NCBI GenBank assembly: GCA_041640175.1
Contig: JBEQAU010000020.1
Location: forward strand, 929 to 64,928
Direction of reading: 5' to 3'
DNA: 64,000 nt
From: Microvirga sp.
GTDB taxonomy: Bacteria > Pseudomonadota > Alphaproteobacteria > Rhizobiales > Beijerinckiaceae
Positions 47,020 through 55,796 of this stretch are shown piece by piece (positions within the stretch are counted from its first letter, which is position 1; each line of letters starts with the position of its first letter). A program made the translations under genes and the position numbers. Under the pieces are notes generated by a model. The model saw only the letters and a program-made list of their open reading frames with translations, made no database searches and had not been told where the DNA came from.

Positions 47020-48543
47020 ATGATGAATGGAGCAGGAATCTCAGCGCATTCCCCTGAGCCGTATGCATTCGCACAGCTGCAGGCCCGTCTGACCTCCATG
47101 TTCCGCGGGTTTTCGGACCAGGACACTCCCCGGACGGTCGTGATCGTTCCCAGCCTGACCATGGATCGGGAGGTGCTGGCCAACATCTCGGGGGCTCATC
47201 ACTACGAAGAGCGGATGCTCTGCTATCTTATGCTCCTGCGGATGCCCCGGACCCAGATCATCTATGTGACGAGCCATACGGTCCCGGAATCTATCATCGA
47301 CTACTACATGCACCTGCTGCCGGGGATTCCGGCGCAGCATGCCAGGAAACGCCTGACCCTTCTATCCTGCCATGATGGTTCGCAGACCTCTCTGACCGAA
47401 AAGATCCTTGAACGGCCTCGCCTGCAGAAGCAGATCCGGGACGCTATTCCTAATCCTTCCTCCGCGTATATGATCTGCTTCAACGTCACGGAGCAGGAGC
47501 GCGAACTCGCGCTGAGCCTTGACCTGCCGATCTATGGCTGCGACCCAGGCCTGCTGTCCCTAGGCTCCAAGAGCGGCTCGCGAAAGATCTTCCGCGAGGC
47601 CGGGATCGCGATGCCCGAGGGATTCGAGGATCTCTTCACGCCGGATCAAGTCGTGGATGCCCTGTTGGAGCTCAAGCACCGCCGGCCCGGCATCAGGCGG
47701 GCGGTCGTGAAGCTCAATGAGGGGTTTTCAGGCGAAGGCAACGCTGTCTTCGCCTACGAGGGAGCCCCTGAGGGATCCGATCTGCGGAGCTGGCTTCGTG
47801 GCCGCCTTCCGCACTTGGCCTTCGAAGCGAAGGACATGACCTGGGAGCTGTTCGAGGAAAAGCTCTCGATCATGGGCGGCATCGTGGAGGAGTTCATCGA
47901 GGGTGAGGTCAAGCGCTCCCCTTCGACGCAGTTCCGGATTGACCCGCTCGGGCAGTTGGAGCCTGTCTCGACCCACGATCAGGTGCTTGGCGGGGAGAGC
48001 GGACAGGTCTTCCTCGGCTGCACCTTCCCGGCCGACGAGCACTATCGCCTGGAGATCCAGGAGGATGGCCTGAAGGCCGCCAGGGCACTGGCAGAGAAAG
48101 GCGTTTGCGGGCGCTTCGCCATCGACTTCCTGTCGGTTCTGGAGGGCAGCGAGTGGCGCCATTACGCCATCGAAATCAACCTGAGGCGCGGGGGGACGAC
48201 GCATCCGTTCATGATGCTCGAGTTCCTCACGGACGGCTGCTACGATCCGGCCACTGGCAACTTCCTCACCCCGGCCGGTCACCCTCGCTGCTACTACGCC
48301 TCCGACAACCTTGAATCGCCACTCTATCGTGGCCTCACCCCCGGCGACCTGATTGACATCGCGGCAATCAACAGGCTGCACTTCGATGGAGCCTGCCAGA
48401 AGGGCGTTGTCTTCCACCTGATCGGCGCCCTGTCGGAGTTCGGCAAAATCGGCGTGCTGTGCATCGCTCCCTCTCACGAGGAAGCAAAAGCGCTCTACCG
48501 ACGCACGACCGAGGTACTCGACCGGGAAAGCACCGCAGCCTGA
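47020..48543 (+). CDS. ATP-grasp carboxylate-amine/peptide ligase, PGM1-like family
   Basis: About 507 aa. Pre-ATP-grasp region (VVIVPSLTMD...YEERMLCYLMLLRMPRTQIIYVTS) followed by an ATP-grasp core (AVVKLNEGFSGEGN, IVEEFIEG, FAIDFL...AIEINLRRGGTTHP). The upstream 46189-47019 part of the track ORF overlaps the PAS kinase and is rejected. The exact start (47020/47023) is uncertain. Confidence 0.7.
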   Translation: MMNGAGISAHSPEPYAFAQLQARLTSMFRGFSDQDTPRTVVIVPSLTMDREVLANISGAHHYEERMLCYLMLLRMPRTQIIYVTSHTVPESIIDYYMHLLPGIPAQHARKRLTLLSCHDGSQTSLTEKILERPRLQKQIRDAIPNPSSAYMICFNVTEQERELALSLDLPIYGCDPGLLSLGSKSGSRKIFREAGIAMPEGFEDLFTPDQVVDALLELKHRRPGIRRAVVKLNEGFSGEGNAVFAYEGAPEGSDLRSWLRGRLPHLAFEAKDMTWELFEEKLSIMGGIVEEFIEGEVKRSPSTQFRIDPLGQLEPVSTHDQVLGGESGQVFLGCTFPADEHYRLEIQEDGLKAARALAEKGVCGRFAIDFLSVLEGSEWRHYAIEINLRRGGTTHPFMMLEFLTDGCYDPATGNFLTPAGHPRCYYASDNLESPLYRGLTPGDLIDIAAINRLHFDGACQKGVVFHLIGALSEFGKIGVLCIAPSHEEAKALYRRTTEVLDRESTAA

Positions 48544-48552
48544 CCCGCAGGT

Positions 48553-49725
48553 TCAGCCCCCGTAGATAATCTGCACCCGATCCGCCGCCTGGCATGCCCG
48601 CTCACGGGCTTCCTCGACTGTACTCCCGGATGCCAGAGCGACACCCATGCGCCGGTGCTTGCGGGTTGTCGGCTTGCCGAACAGGCGGACCTCCACGTCG
48701 GCATCCTTGGAGGCGAGTTCCAGCGCTTCCCGCAGCCCCTGAATCGAGAATCGTTCTGCCTCGCGTTCCGCCAGGATCACGGCCGATGCGGTCGGACCAT
48801 TTAGTCGGACAGGCGGGATCGGCAGGCCGAGGACAGCCCGGGCATGAAGATCGAACTCGGAAAGGTTCTGAGACAGGAGTGTCACGAGCCCTGTATCGTG
48901 CGGACGCGGCGAAAGCTCAGAGAAGATCACCTCGTCGCGGGTGACGAAGAACTCGACCCCGAAGATCCCGTAGCCACCAAGGTTGTCGACGACCTTGCGT
49001 GCCATCTCCTTGGCATCAGCCAGCAGCTTCTCGGTCATCGGCGTGGGCTGCCAGGATTCCTGGTAATCCCCCCGCTCCTGCCGGTGCCCGATGGGCTCGC
49101 AATAGGAAACGCCCTCGCGGGAGCGGATCGTCAACAGGGTGATTTCGTACTCGAAGGCAACGAACTCCTCGACGATCACCTTCTTGCGGTCGCCCCGCAT
49201 GTTGGCCACGGCATCGTTCCAGGCCTGCTCCAGCTGATCGGCTGCCCGTACCGTGCTCTGACCTTTTCCCGAGGAGGACATGACCGGCTTGATGACGCAG
49301 GGCAGCCCCGTATGCTCAGCCCCGGCCATCACCTCCTCCAGGCTTTCCGCATACCGGTACTTGGACGTGCGCAGCCCGAGTTCTGTGGCGGCAAGCTCGC
49401 GGATTCGATCCCGGTTCATGGTCAGCGAGGCCGCGCGGGCGGAGGGCACGACCGTGAAGCCCTTGTCCTCGAACTCCTGCAGCACCTCGGTGCGGATCGC
49501 CTCGACTTCAGGCACGATGAAATCCGGCCGGTGCTTCTCGATAGCCTGCCGCAGGGCGTCCGCATCCAGCATGGAGAACACTTCGGCCTCGTCCGATACC
49601 TGCATTGCAGGCGCGTTCGCGTAGCTGTCGCAGGCGACCACATGGCACCCGTACCGCTTGGCTGAGATTACGAACTCCTTGCCGAGTTCGCCCGATCCGA
49701 GAAGGAGAATTTTGGCAGTGAACAC
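48553..49725 (-). CDS. purT: Formate-dependent phosphoribosylglycinamide formyltransferase PurT (GAR transformylase 2)
   Basis: 390 aa. KILLLGSGELGKEF N-terminus and an ATP-grasp fold with VIKPVMSSSGKGQS and GVEFF. Confidence 0.92.
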   Translation of the reverse strand: MFTAKILLLGSGELGKEFVISAKRYGCHVVACDSYANAPAMQVSDEAEVFSMLDADALRQAIEKHRPDFIVPEVEAIRTEVLQEFEDKGFTVVPSARAASLTMNRDRIRELAATELGLRTSKYRYAESLEEVMAGAEHTGLPCVIKPVMSSSGKGQSTVRAADQLEQAWNDAVANMRGDRKKVIVEEFVAFEYEITLLTIRSREGVSYCEPIGHRQERGDYQESWQPTPMTEKLLADAKEMARKVVDNLGGYGIFGVEFFVTRDEVIFSELSPRPHDTGLVTLLSQNLSEFDLHARAVLGLPIPPVRLNGPTASAVILAEREAERFSIQGLREALELASKDADVEVRLFGKPTTRKHRRMGVALASGSTVEEARERACQAADRVQIIYGG

Positions 49726-50017
49726 AGGAGCGCCTTTCGTCTGTTTCCGACCGATATGGCCGAGTCCGTGCCGAACGAAAAGTGGAATCGCGAGATCGGC
49801 CCGGTGTCTGACGCTCGGTCGAGAAGAGTCATCCCTTGAAAAGCTTTGTTCCTGGCCATTTTCCCGGGATTACCATGGATCCGGTTTCCCTCCAGGGGCG
49901 TTCAAGAGGCATCGAGGGAATTCAGCCTCGCTTGCGCTGAGTGCAGCCCTGCCGCCTCAACCATGCATTACGCAAACCTGAGTGTCGTGAGTTAAGGGTC
50001 TGCCCAGGAGAAGCCCA

Positions 50018-50329
50018 ATGTTAGCCAAGAAGAAATCTTCGGAAAATCAGAACCGGCGGGTCACCCGTGTCGACCCTCCCGCCCTTGAGGAAGCTGTTGC
50101 GGCCGCCCAGGGCCTGACGGATGATGTCGAGAGCCAGGTCGAGATTGCAGCCCAACTCATGGGGATGTCCGAGGACGAGGTCAGGCCCGTGGTCATGAAG
50201 GCCGCAGTTCCAGCCCCGGCCCGTCGGCCCCTGCACTTGGCAGACCGTTTCTCCATGAGTGAGCGCAACGAGGGACCCAAGGTCGTGGTCGTCGAACGCA
50301 AGCGCCCTCGCCTCGTCATGCCGCGATAA
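50018..50329 (+). CDS. Hypothetical small basic protein
   Basis: 103-aa ORF with coding-like composition and no recognisable motif. The two overlapping antisense ORFs look like shadows. Confidence 0.4.
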   Translation: MLAKKKSSENQNRRVTRVDPPALEEAVAAAQGLTDDVESQVEIAAQLMGMSEDEVRPVVMKAAVPAPARRPLHLADRFSMSERNEGPKVVVVERKRPRLVMPR

Positions 50330-50422
50330 GCCTGTTATCCTGTTCTCCCGCCCGGTGGCGCTGGCCCGATCGGCTGGCGCCTTTGTCTTTTCTAATCGCC
50401 TCTCCTGCGGGATCGTCCGAAC

Positions 50423-51343
50423 ATGGTCAAAGGTATCATCCTCGCCTTCCTCGCCTTCGCGGTCTTCGCCTGGGGGGACGCCATCGTGAAGGCGATCGGC
50501 CATGACCTCGACCCGTTCGAGGTGACGTTCTTCGGCTATCTCATCCCGCTGATCCTCTCCCCGGTCTTCATGAAAGCCGGCGACAGCGTGCTCGATCTCG
50601 TGCGCTGGAACAGGCCTTGGCTCATGGGATTCAGGGTCTTCATGATCGCCGCCACGACGCCGCTGAGCGTCATAGCGTTCCAGAGCCTTCCTTTTGCGGA
50701 GGCCTTCGCGCTCCTGTTTCTCATGCCTAGCCTCGCGACGGTGCTTTCCATCTTTATCTTAAAGGAACACGTCCGTTGGCGGCGCGGCCTCGCCGTCTGC
50801 GCGGCCTTCATCGGGGTGCTGATCATCGTGCGCCCCGGGTTCAAGGAGTTGATGCCCGGACATTTTGCTGCCCTCGCGGCCGCTTTATGCGCAGCCGGAG
50901 GGGTCATTGCCGGCCGCATGATCGGCCATACGGAAAAGCGCTTCACCCTGATCGGAACCGTATTCCTGGCGACGACCCTCCTCGCCGGGGTGCTGATGAT
51001 CCCAGGGTTCACATGGCCGAAAGCGGATCAGTGGATCCTGCTTCTCGCCTTCGCGGTTACGGCTTTCATTGCGCAGGCCCTGTTCATCGTGGCGACTATG
51101 TACGCTCCGGCCGACCGCCTGGGAGCGACCCAATACAGCCAGATCCTCTGGGCATTGGCAATCGGCGCCCTTTTCTTTGACGAGTGGCCAGACGCCCTGG
51201 CCCTGTTCGGCATCCTCATCGTGGTTGCAGCCGGCCTGTTCATCTTTGCCCGAGAGCAGACGCTCAAGCGTGGCCGGTCGGAAGCAGATGCATTGCCCGA
51301 AACCGTCCCTCCCGCGTCGGCGGCGACATCCACACCGCCCTGA
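50423..51343 (+). CDS. DMT-superfamily (EamA-like) transporter
   Basis: 306 aa, about 10 TM helices arranged as two EamA-like halves. Lies 88-106 nt upstream of the type III PKS gene, depending on its start, on the same strand. Confidence 0.8.
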   Translation: MVKGIILAFLAFAVFAWGDAIVKAIGHDLDPFEVTFFGYLIPLILSPVFMKAGDSVLDLVRWNRPWLMGFRVFMIAATTPLSVIAFQSLPFAEAFALLFLMPSLATVLSIFILKEHVRWRRGLAVCAAFIGVLIIVRPGFKELMPGHFAALAAALCAAGGVIAGRMIGHTEKRFTLIGTVFLATTLLAGVLMIPGFTWPKADQWILLLAFAVTAFIAQALFIVATMYAPADRLGATQYSQILWALAIGALFFDEWPDALALFGILIVVAAGLFIFAREQTLKRGRSEADALPETVPPASAATSTPP

Positions 51344-51449
51344 GGGCGTCATCACAGAGGTGCGACTTCTGCCGCACCCGCGTTCACTCGCCTGCGCTTT
51401 GCCCTATGTCCCTAAATGGCAATTTTGACGTTTGGGCCGGAGAGGCAGG

Positions 51450-52541
51450 GTGGGTTTAGTGACAGGCGCCTATATCAACCGGATCGGCACGGCCGTGCCT
51501 GAGCATGATGTCCATCAGACCTTCATCGGCTTTGTCGACAACTTGCTGCCCGAGCGAAAGGACCGGCTCCTCTTCCGGCGTATGGTGCAGCGCTCCGGGA
51601 TCGAGCATCGCTACTCGACCCTCGCGCCCAGTGAAAATCTGGACATTGCTGCCGACCAGGAAGGCTTCTTCCAACCGGGGCAGTTTGCCGGGACTGCCGC
51701 CCGGATGGAGCGGTTCGAAACCCATGCCATCGAACTTGCCCAGAAGGCTGTCGAGGCATTGGACTTAGGAGAGGAACTCTCCTCCCTCACTCATCTCGTT
51801 GTGGCGTCCTGCACGGGTTTCACGGCCCCGGGGCTCGATCAGCAGCTGATGGAACGGCTCGGCCTCGATCCCTCTATAGAGCGCACCATGGTTGGGTTCA
51901 TGGGCTGCGCGGCGGCTGTCAATGCATTGAAGCTCGCTCACCATATTGTCCGGTCTGAGCCCTCCGCGAAGGTGCTGGTTGTCAACCTGGAGCTGTGCAC
52001 GCTTCATCTTCAGGAAACCCCGGACCTTGAGGTGATCCTGGGTGCCCTGCTGTTCGGTGACGGATGTGCCGCGAGCCTCGTCTCGGCCGAACCACGGGGC
52101 ATTGCCCTTAAGGATTTCCGGGTCGCGACCATTCCGGACACGCGGGATCTCATCACGTGGCGCATCGGGGATGCCGGTTTTCAGATGAGCCTGTCCGGCG
52201 AGGTGCCGCAGCAGATCGCGAAGGCTCTCCGACATGAGACAACACGCAACGATGATGGGGGCATCCTGCGCGGACAGCAAAAAGAGGACTTCGATCTCTG
52301 GGCCGTTCACGCAGGCGGCCGCACGATCCTCGATGCAGTCGAGCAGGGCCTCGAGCTTGCGCCGGAGGCCCTGCGCTGGTCCCGCGGCGTCCTGCGGGAT
52401 TTCGGCAATATGTCATCCGCGACCCTGATGTTCGTGCTCGACCGCATGATGCAACAGGCGCCGCCGGAATCCAGGGGCTTCGGCATGGCCTTCGGTCCAG
52501 GACTGGTCGCTGAAACCTTCCGGTTCGACATCGCAGGATAG
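51450..52541 (+). CDS. Type III polyketide synthase (chalcone/stilbene synthase superfamily)
   Basis: Catalytic triad contexts are visible: VVASCTGFTAPG (Cys), WAVHAGGRTILD (His), FGNMSSATLMFVL (Asn), plus a C-terminal MAFGPGL loop. The start is uncertain: TTG 51432 (track), GTG 51450 after a GGAGAGG RBS, or GTG 51459. Confidence 0.85.
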   Translation: MGLVTGAYINRIGTAVPEHDVHQTFIGFVDNLLPERKDRLLFRRMVQRSGIEHRYSTLAPSENLDIAADQEGFFQPGQFAGTAARMERFETHAIELAQKAVEALDLGEELSSLTHLVVASCTGFTAPGLDQQLMERLGLDPSIERTMVGFMGCAAAVNALKLAHHIVRSEPSAKVLVVNLELCTLHLQETPDLEVILGALLFGDGCAASLVSAEPRGIALKDFRVATIPDTRDLITWRIGDAGFQMSLSGEVPQQIAKALRHETTRNDDGGILRGQQKEDFDLWAVHAGGRTILDAVEQGLELAPEALRWSRGVLRDFGNMSSATLMFVLDRMMQQAPPESRGFGMAFGPGLVAETFRFDIAG

Positions 52542-52547
52542 GCCGCC

Positions 52548-53261
52548 ATGGGCAGGAACTTCGCCGAGCGCAGCCAGGAGACGGAGCTGATGGACACCGA
52601 GCCTGTCAGTGTCGAGGACTACCGGGCCTGCCTCAAGGATCTGGCTACGGTCAACGCTCTGACCCTGACCCACCGCCCGATCCTGAAATGGCTCGACCAC
52701 GCTACGCGCAGGCTGGGGCCGAACGAGCGCGTCACGGTGCTCGATGTCGGCTACGGCTATGGCGATCTCTTGCGTAAGATTCATGAGTGGAGCCGCCGCA
52801 AGGGGCGCGCGGTCGATCTGGTCGGGGTCGACCTCAACCCCATGAGCGAGTCGATTGCCAGGGCCGCAACACCTTCCGATGTCTTGATCGAGTACCGGAC
52901 AGGCAATGTCTTCGACTACAAACCCGAACGGCCAATCGACTTCGTGATCAGCTCCCAGACGACCCATCATATGTCCAACGAGGAACTGGCGACCTTCATC
53001 CGCTGGATGGAGCAGGTGGCGGCGCGCGGCTGGTACATCGCCGACCTGCACCGCCATGCCATCCCGTTCCACGTCTTCGGCACCCTTGCCCGCGTGGCTC
53101 GCTGGCACCGTTTCGTTCAGCACGACGGACCTGTCTCCATCGCCCGCAGCTTTCGGAAGGCTGATTGGGAGACGATCCTGCAAGCGGCAGGCCTTGCACC
53201 GGGAGCGGCGGAGATCCGATGGCACGTTCCGTTCCGCCTTTGCGTCAGCCGGCTGAAATGA
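52548..53261 (+). CDS. Class I SAM-dependent methyltransferase
   Basis: 237 aa. Motif I VLDVGYGYGD. Starts 6 nt after the PKS stop. Its stop overlaps the next start (ATGA). Confidence 0.75.
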   Translation: MGRNFAERSQETELMDTEPVSVEDYRACLKDLATVNALTLTHRPILKWLDHATRRLGPNERVTVLDVGYGYGDLLRKIHEWSRRKGRAVDLVGVDLNPMSESIARAATPSDVLIEYRTGNVFDYKPERPIDFVISSQTTHHMSNEELATFIRWMEQVAARGWYIADLHRHAIPFHVFGTLARVARWHRFVQHDGPVSIARSFRKADWETILQAAGLAPGAAEIRWHVPFRLCVSRLK

Positions 53262-54412
53262 GCCTCCACCGCAGCGAAGAACTCGTCATCGTCGGCGCAG
53301 GGCTCGCCGGTGCCTCTGCTGCCTGCGTTCTGGCCAGGGAGGGACTTTCGGCCCTCCTCCTCGAGCGCGATCCGGAGCCCAAGCACAAGGTCTGCGGCGA
53401 GTTCCTTAGCATCGAGGCACAGACCTATCTTGCCCATCTTGGCCTCGACCTCGACCACCTGGGCGCGAGCCGGATTTCGCGCCTTCGTCTGCATCATCGT
53501 GGAAAGCAGGCCGAAGCCCCATTGCCCTTCACGGCTCGCGGCCTTTCCCGCAAGGTTCTGGATGAGGCGCTGCGCGAAAAGACCATGTCGCTAGGCGCTC
53601 GGATCGAGCGGGGGGTGACCGTGCGATCCATCGACACCGATGAGACGGCTAATTTGATTGATGCGGGTCCGTTTGGCACGATCCGGGCAGAGACGCTCTT
53701 TCTGGCCAGCGGCAAGCATGACGTCAGAGGTGCCAAAAGGCCGATGGCAGGATCCATCAATGACCTCATCGGCTTCAAGCTGCACTATCGGCTAGCGGAG
53801 GAGCAGCGCGTCGCTCTTGCTGACGTCATTGAGATCATCCTGTTCGAAGACGGCTATGCCGGGTTACAGCTGATCGAGGACGGTATTGCCAATCTGTGCT
53901 TGGTCGTGGCCCAGAATCGTTTCGAGCGCGCCGGCAAAAGCTGGAACAGCCTGATCGAGGAGATCGCTGGTGAATGCCCATCCGGCGCAAACCGGCTGCG
54001 TGACGCGCTCCCGCTTTGGGACAAACCCCTGTCCATTTTTCAGATCCCATACGGGTTTATCCATCAACCCCAACCTACTGAGCCTCCAGGGCTCTTCCGC
54101 CTCGGCGACCAGATGGGCGTGATCCCCTCCTTCACCGGTGAGGGAATGTCGATGGCCCTGCATAGTGGCTTTCTCGCCGCTTCGTCACTGCTTCGCCAGG
54201 GGCGCGGCAGCACGGCTTTCCACAAGCAGATGGCATCCGATATCGAGCGCCAGGTCCGGCTTGCCTTCGTGCTCAACAAGGCTGCGCGGTTCGGACCGGG
54301 GCAGACAATGCTCTTTCACCTTTGTCGATCTTGGCCCTCGCTCATGCAGCAGGTTGCAGCCTTCACTCGCCTTCGAGAGGCCTCCCTTCAAAGAGCGTTG
54401 GCTCTGCCATGA
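53258..54412 (+). CDS. FAD-dependent oxidoreductase, geranylgeranyl-reductase/aromatic-hydroxylase-like
   Basis: Starts MSLHRSEELVIVGAGLAGASAACVLAREG (GxGxxG), followed by LLERD and KVCGEFLS. C-terminal GDQMGVIPSFTGEGMSMAL. ATGA overlaps at both ends. Confidence 0.75.
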   Translation: MSLHRSEELVIVGAGLAGASAACVLAREGLSALLLERDPEPKHKVCGEFLSIEAQTYLAHLGLDLDHLGASRISRLRLHHRGKQAEAPLPFTARGLSRKVLDEALREKTMSLGARIERGVTVRSIDTDETANLIDAGPFGTIRAETLFLASGKHDVRGAKRPMAGSINDLIGFKLHYRLAEEQRVALADVIEIILFEDGYAGLQLIEDGIANLCLVVAQNRFERAGKSWNSLIEEIAGECPSGANRLRDALPLWDKPLSIFQIPYGFIHQPQPTEPPGLFRLGDQMGVIPSFTGEGMSMALHSGFLAASSLLRQGRGSTAFHKQMASDIERQVRLAFVLNKAARFGPGQTMLFHLCRSWPSLMQQVAAFTRLREASLQRALALP

Positions 54413-55257
54413 TCGTGCCACGGGAAATCCAGACATCGGCGGCCGTCGCAGAGCATTACGATGAACTGGATCCGTTCTATCGCGAGATTTGGGGCGAGCA
54501 TGTCCATCACGGTCTCTGGGAAAGCGGCCGGGAAACCTCGCAGGAGGCCATCGAAGCCCTGATCGCCCATCTAGCCAGCACACTAGATCTCCAACCTGGC
54601 CAGCACATCTGCGATGTCGGCTGTGGCTATGGCGCAACGGCGGAGTGGCTCGCGGGTCGCCACGGTGTCCGCGTGACCGGACTCACGCTCTCATCAGCGC
54701 AGATTCGGCAAGCCCAAGCACGCAGCGCCGCATCATCCCAGCTACATTTCAGCCAACAGGATTGGCTGGAAAACGAATTCGGAGACGAAACCTTCGACCA
54801 TGTGTTCGCCATCGAAAGTTCCGAGCACATGCCGGACAAGCAGCGCTTCTTCAACGAGGCTTTTCGCACTCTTCACACTGGCGGACGGCTTGCTGTCTAC
54901 GCTTGGCTGGCTCGTACCAGTGCCCGCCCATGGGAGGAGCGCTATCTGCTGGAGCCTATCTGCCGCGAGGGGCGCCTCCCTGGCATGGGCAGCGAAGCGG
55001 AGTATCGTGCATGGGCCGGCAAAGCCGGTTTTGTGGTCGATGGGTTCGAAGACCTGAGCACCAGGGTGAGGCGCACCTGGGCTCTCTGCACGGGACGGGT
55101 CGCAAGGAAACTGCTGACCCATACCCAATACAGACGCTATCTGCTCGATGCCCATGCCAGGAACCGCATCTTCGCCCTGAGCGTTCCGCGCATCTGGATC
55201 GCCTATCTGACCGGCTCAATGCGCTATGGTCTCCTGACGGCGCATAAACCAAGGTAG
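54409..55257 (+). CDS. SAM-dependent methyltransferase resembling gamma-tocopherol/ring C-methyltransferases
   Basis: AEHYDELDPFYREIWGEHVHHGLW, DVGCGYGATAEWLA and ESSEHMPDKQRFFNEAFRTLHTGGRLAVYAW parallel the gamma-TMT family patterns (WG.HMHHG.., DVGCG.GG, ES.EHMPDK..F..E..RV..PGG...). Confidence 0.8.
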   Translation: MIVPREIQTSAAVAEHYDELDPFYREIWGEHVHHGLWESGRETSQEAIEALIAHLASTLDLQPGQHICDVGCGYGATAEWLAGRHGVRVTGLTLSSAQIRQAQARSAASSQLHFSQQDWLENEFGDETFDHVFAIESSEHMPDKQRFFNEAFRTLHTGGRLAVYAWLARTSARPWEERYLLEPICREGRLPGMGSEAEYRAWAGKAGFVVDGFEDLSTRVRRTWALCTGRVARKLLTHTQYRRYLLDAHARNRIFALSVPRIWIAYLTGSMRYGLLTAHKPR

Positions 55258-55268
55258 CTGTAGAATCT

Positions 55269-55796
55269 CTACGATTGCGCCGAACGAGCCAGCAGTTCCG
55301 CCGTATCGAATGCACCCATCGCACTCGCCAAAGCCTCGGCTGTGAGCCCGCCCGCATCCTGTGCCTCAACATCCGCGCGACGCGCCAGCAGCATCTTGAC
55401 GATCTCGACCCGGTTGAACATGGCGGCAATCATCAGCGGAGTCTTGCCACCGTCACCGCGCCCGTTCACGTCGGCGCCTCCGTCGAGAAGGATATTCACA
55501 GAGGCCATGTCGCCCTTAAAAGCCGCGCCCGCGAGAGGCGTCTGGCCGCGATCGTTGGCGAGTTCCGGATCGGCGCCATGCTGCAGCAGAAGCCGCACGG
55601 CCTCTGCATGCCCATGATAGCTCGCCAGCATCAGGAGCGAGTCGCCTTTCTCGTTGCGCAGGTTGGGCGGCAGGCCCATGCGGAGAAGATCACCAAGTTC
55701 CTCCACCTGCCCCGCCCTTACGTGCTGAAATACACGCTGGGCGAAAGCAATGGTCTCTTCGTCAAGCTCCGGACCTGGCCTCGGCTCGTCCGTCAT
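55269..55796 (-). CDS. Ankyrin-repeat protein (about 4 repeats), cytoplasmic
   Basis: 175 aa. Repeats GDSLLMLASYHGHAEAVRLLLQHGADPE, GQTPLAGAAFKGDMASVNILLDGGADVN, GKTPLMIAAMFNRVEIVKMLLARRADVE. No signal peptide. Its ATG overlaps the helicase stop (ATGA at 55793-55796). Confidence 0.87.
   Translation of the reverse strand: MTDEPRPGPELDEETIAFAQRVFQHVRAGQVEELGDLLRMGLPPNLRNEKGDSLLMLASYHGHAEAVRLLLQHGADPELANDRGQTPLAGAAFKGDMASVNILLDGGADVNGRGDGGKTPLMIAAMFNRVEIVKMLLARRADVEAQDAGGLTAEALASAMGAFDTAELLARSAQS

Noticed and set aside
49726-50017. Possible purine/ZTP-type riboswitch in the 292-bp region upstream of purT.
   Set aside because: I read both strands for the ZTP (pfl) hallmarks (GGGUCGUG..., CCGCCUGGGC 3' sub-domain) and for the purine-riboswitch loop motifs, and found neither. 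A covariance-model scan would be needed to exclude other RNAs.
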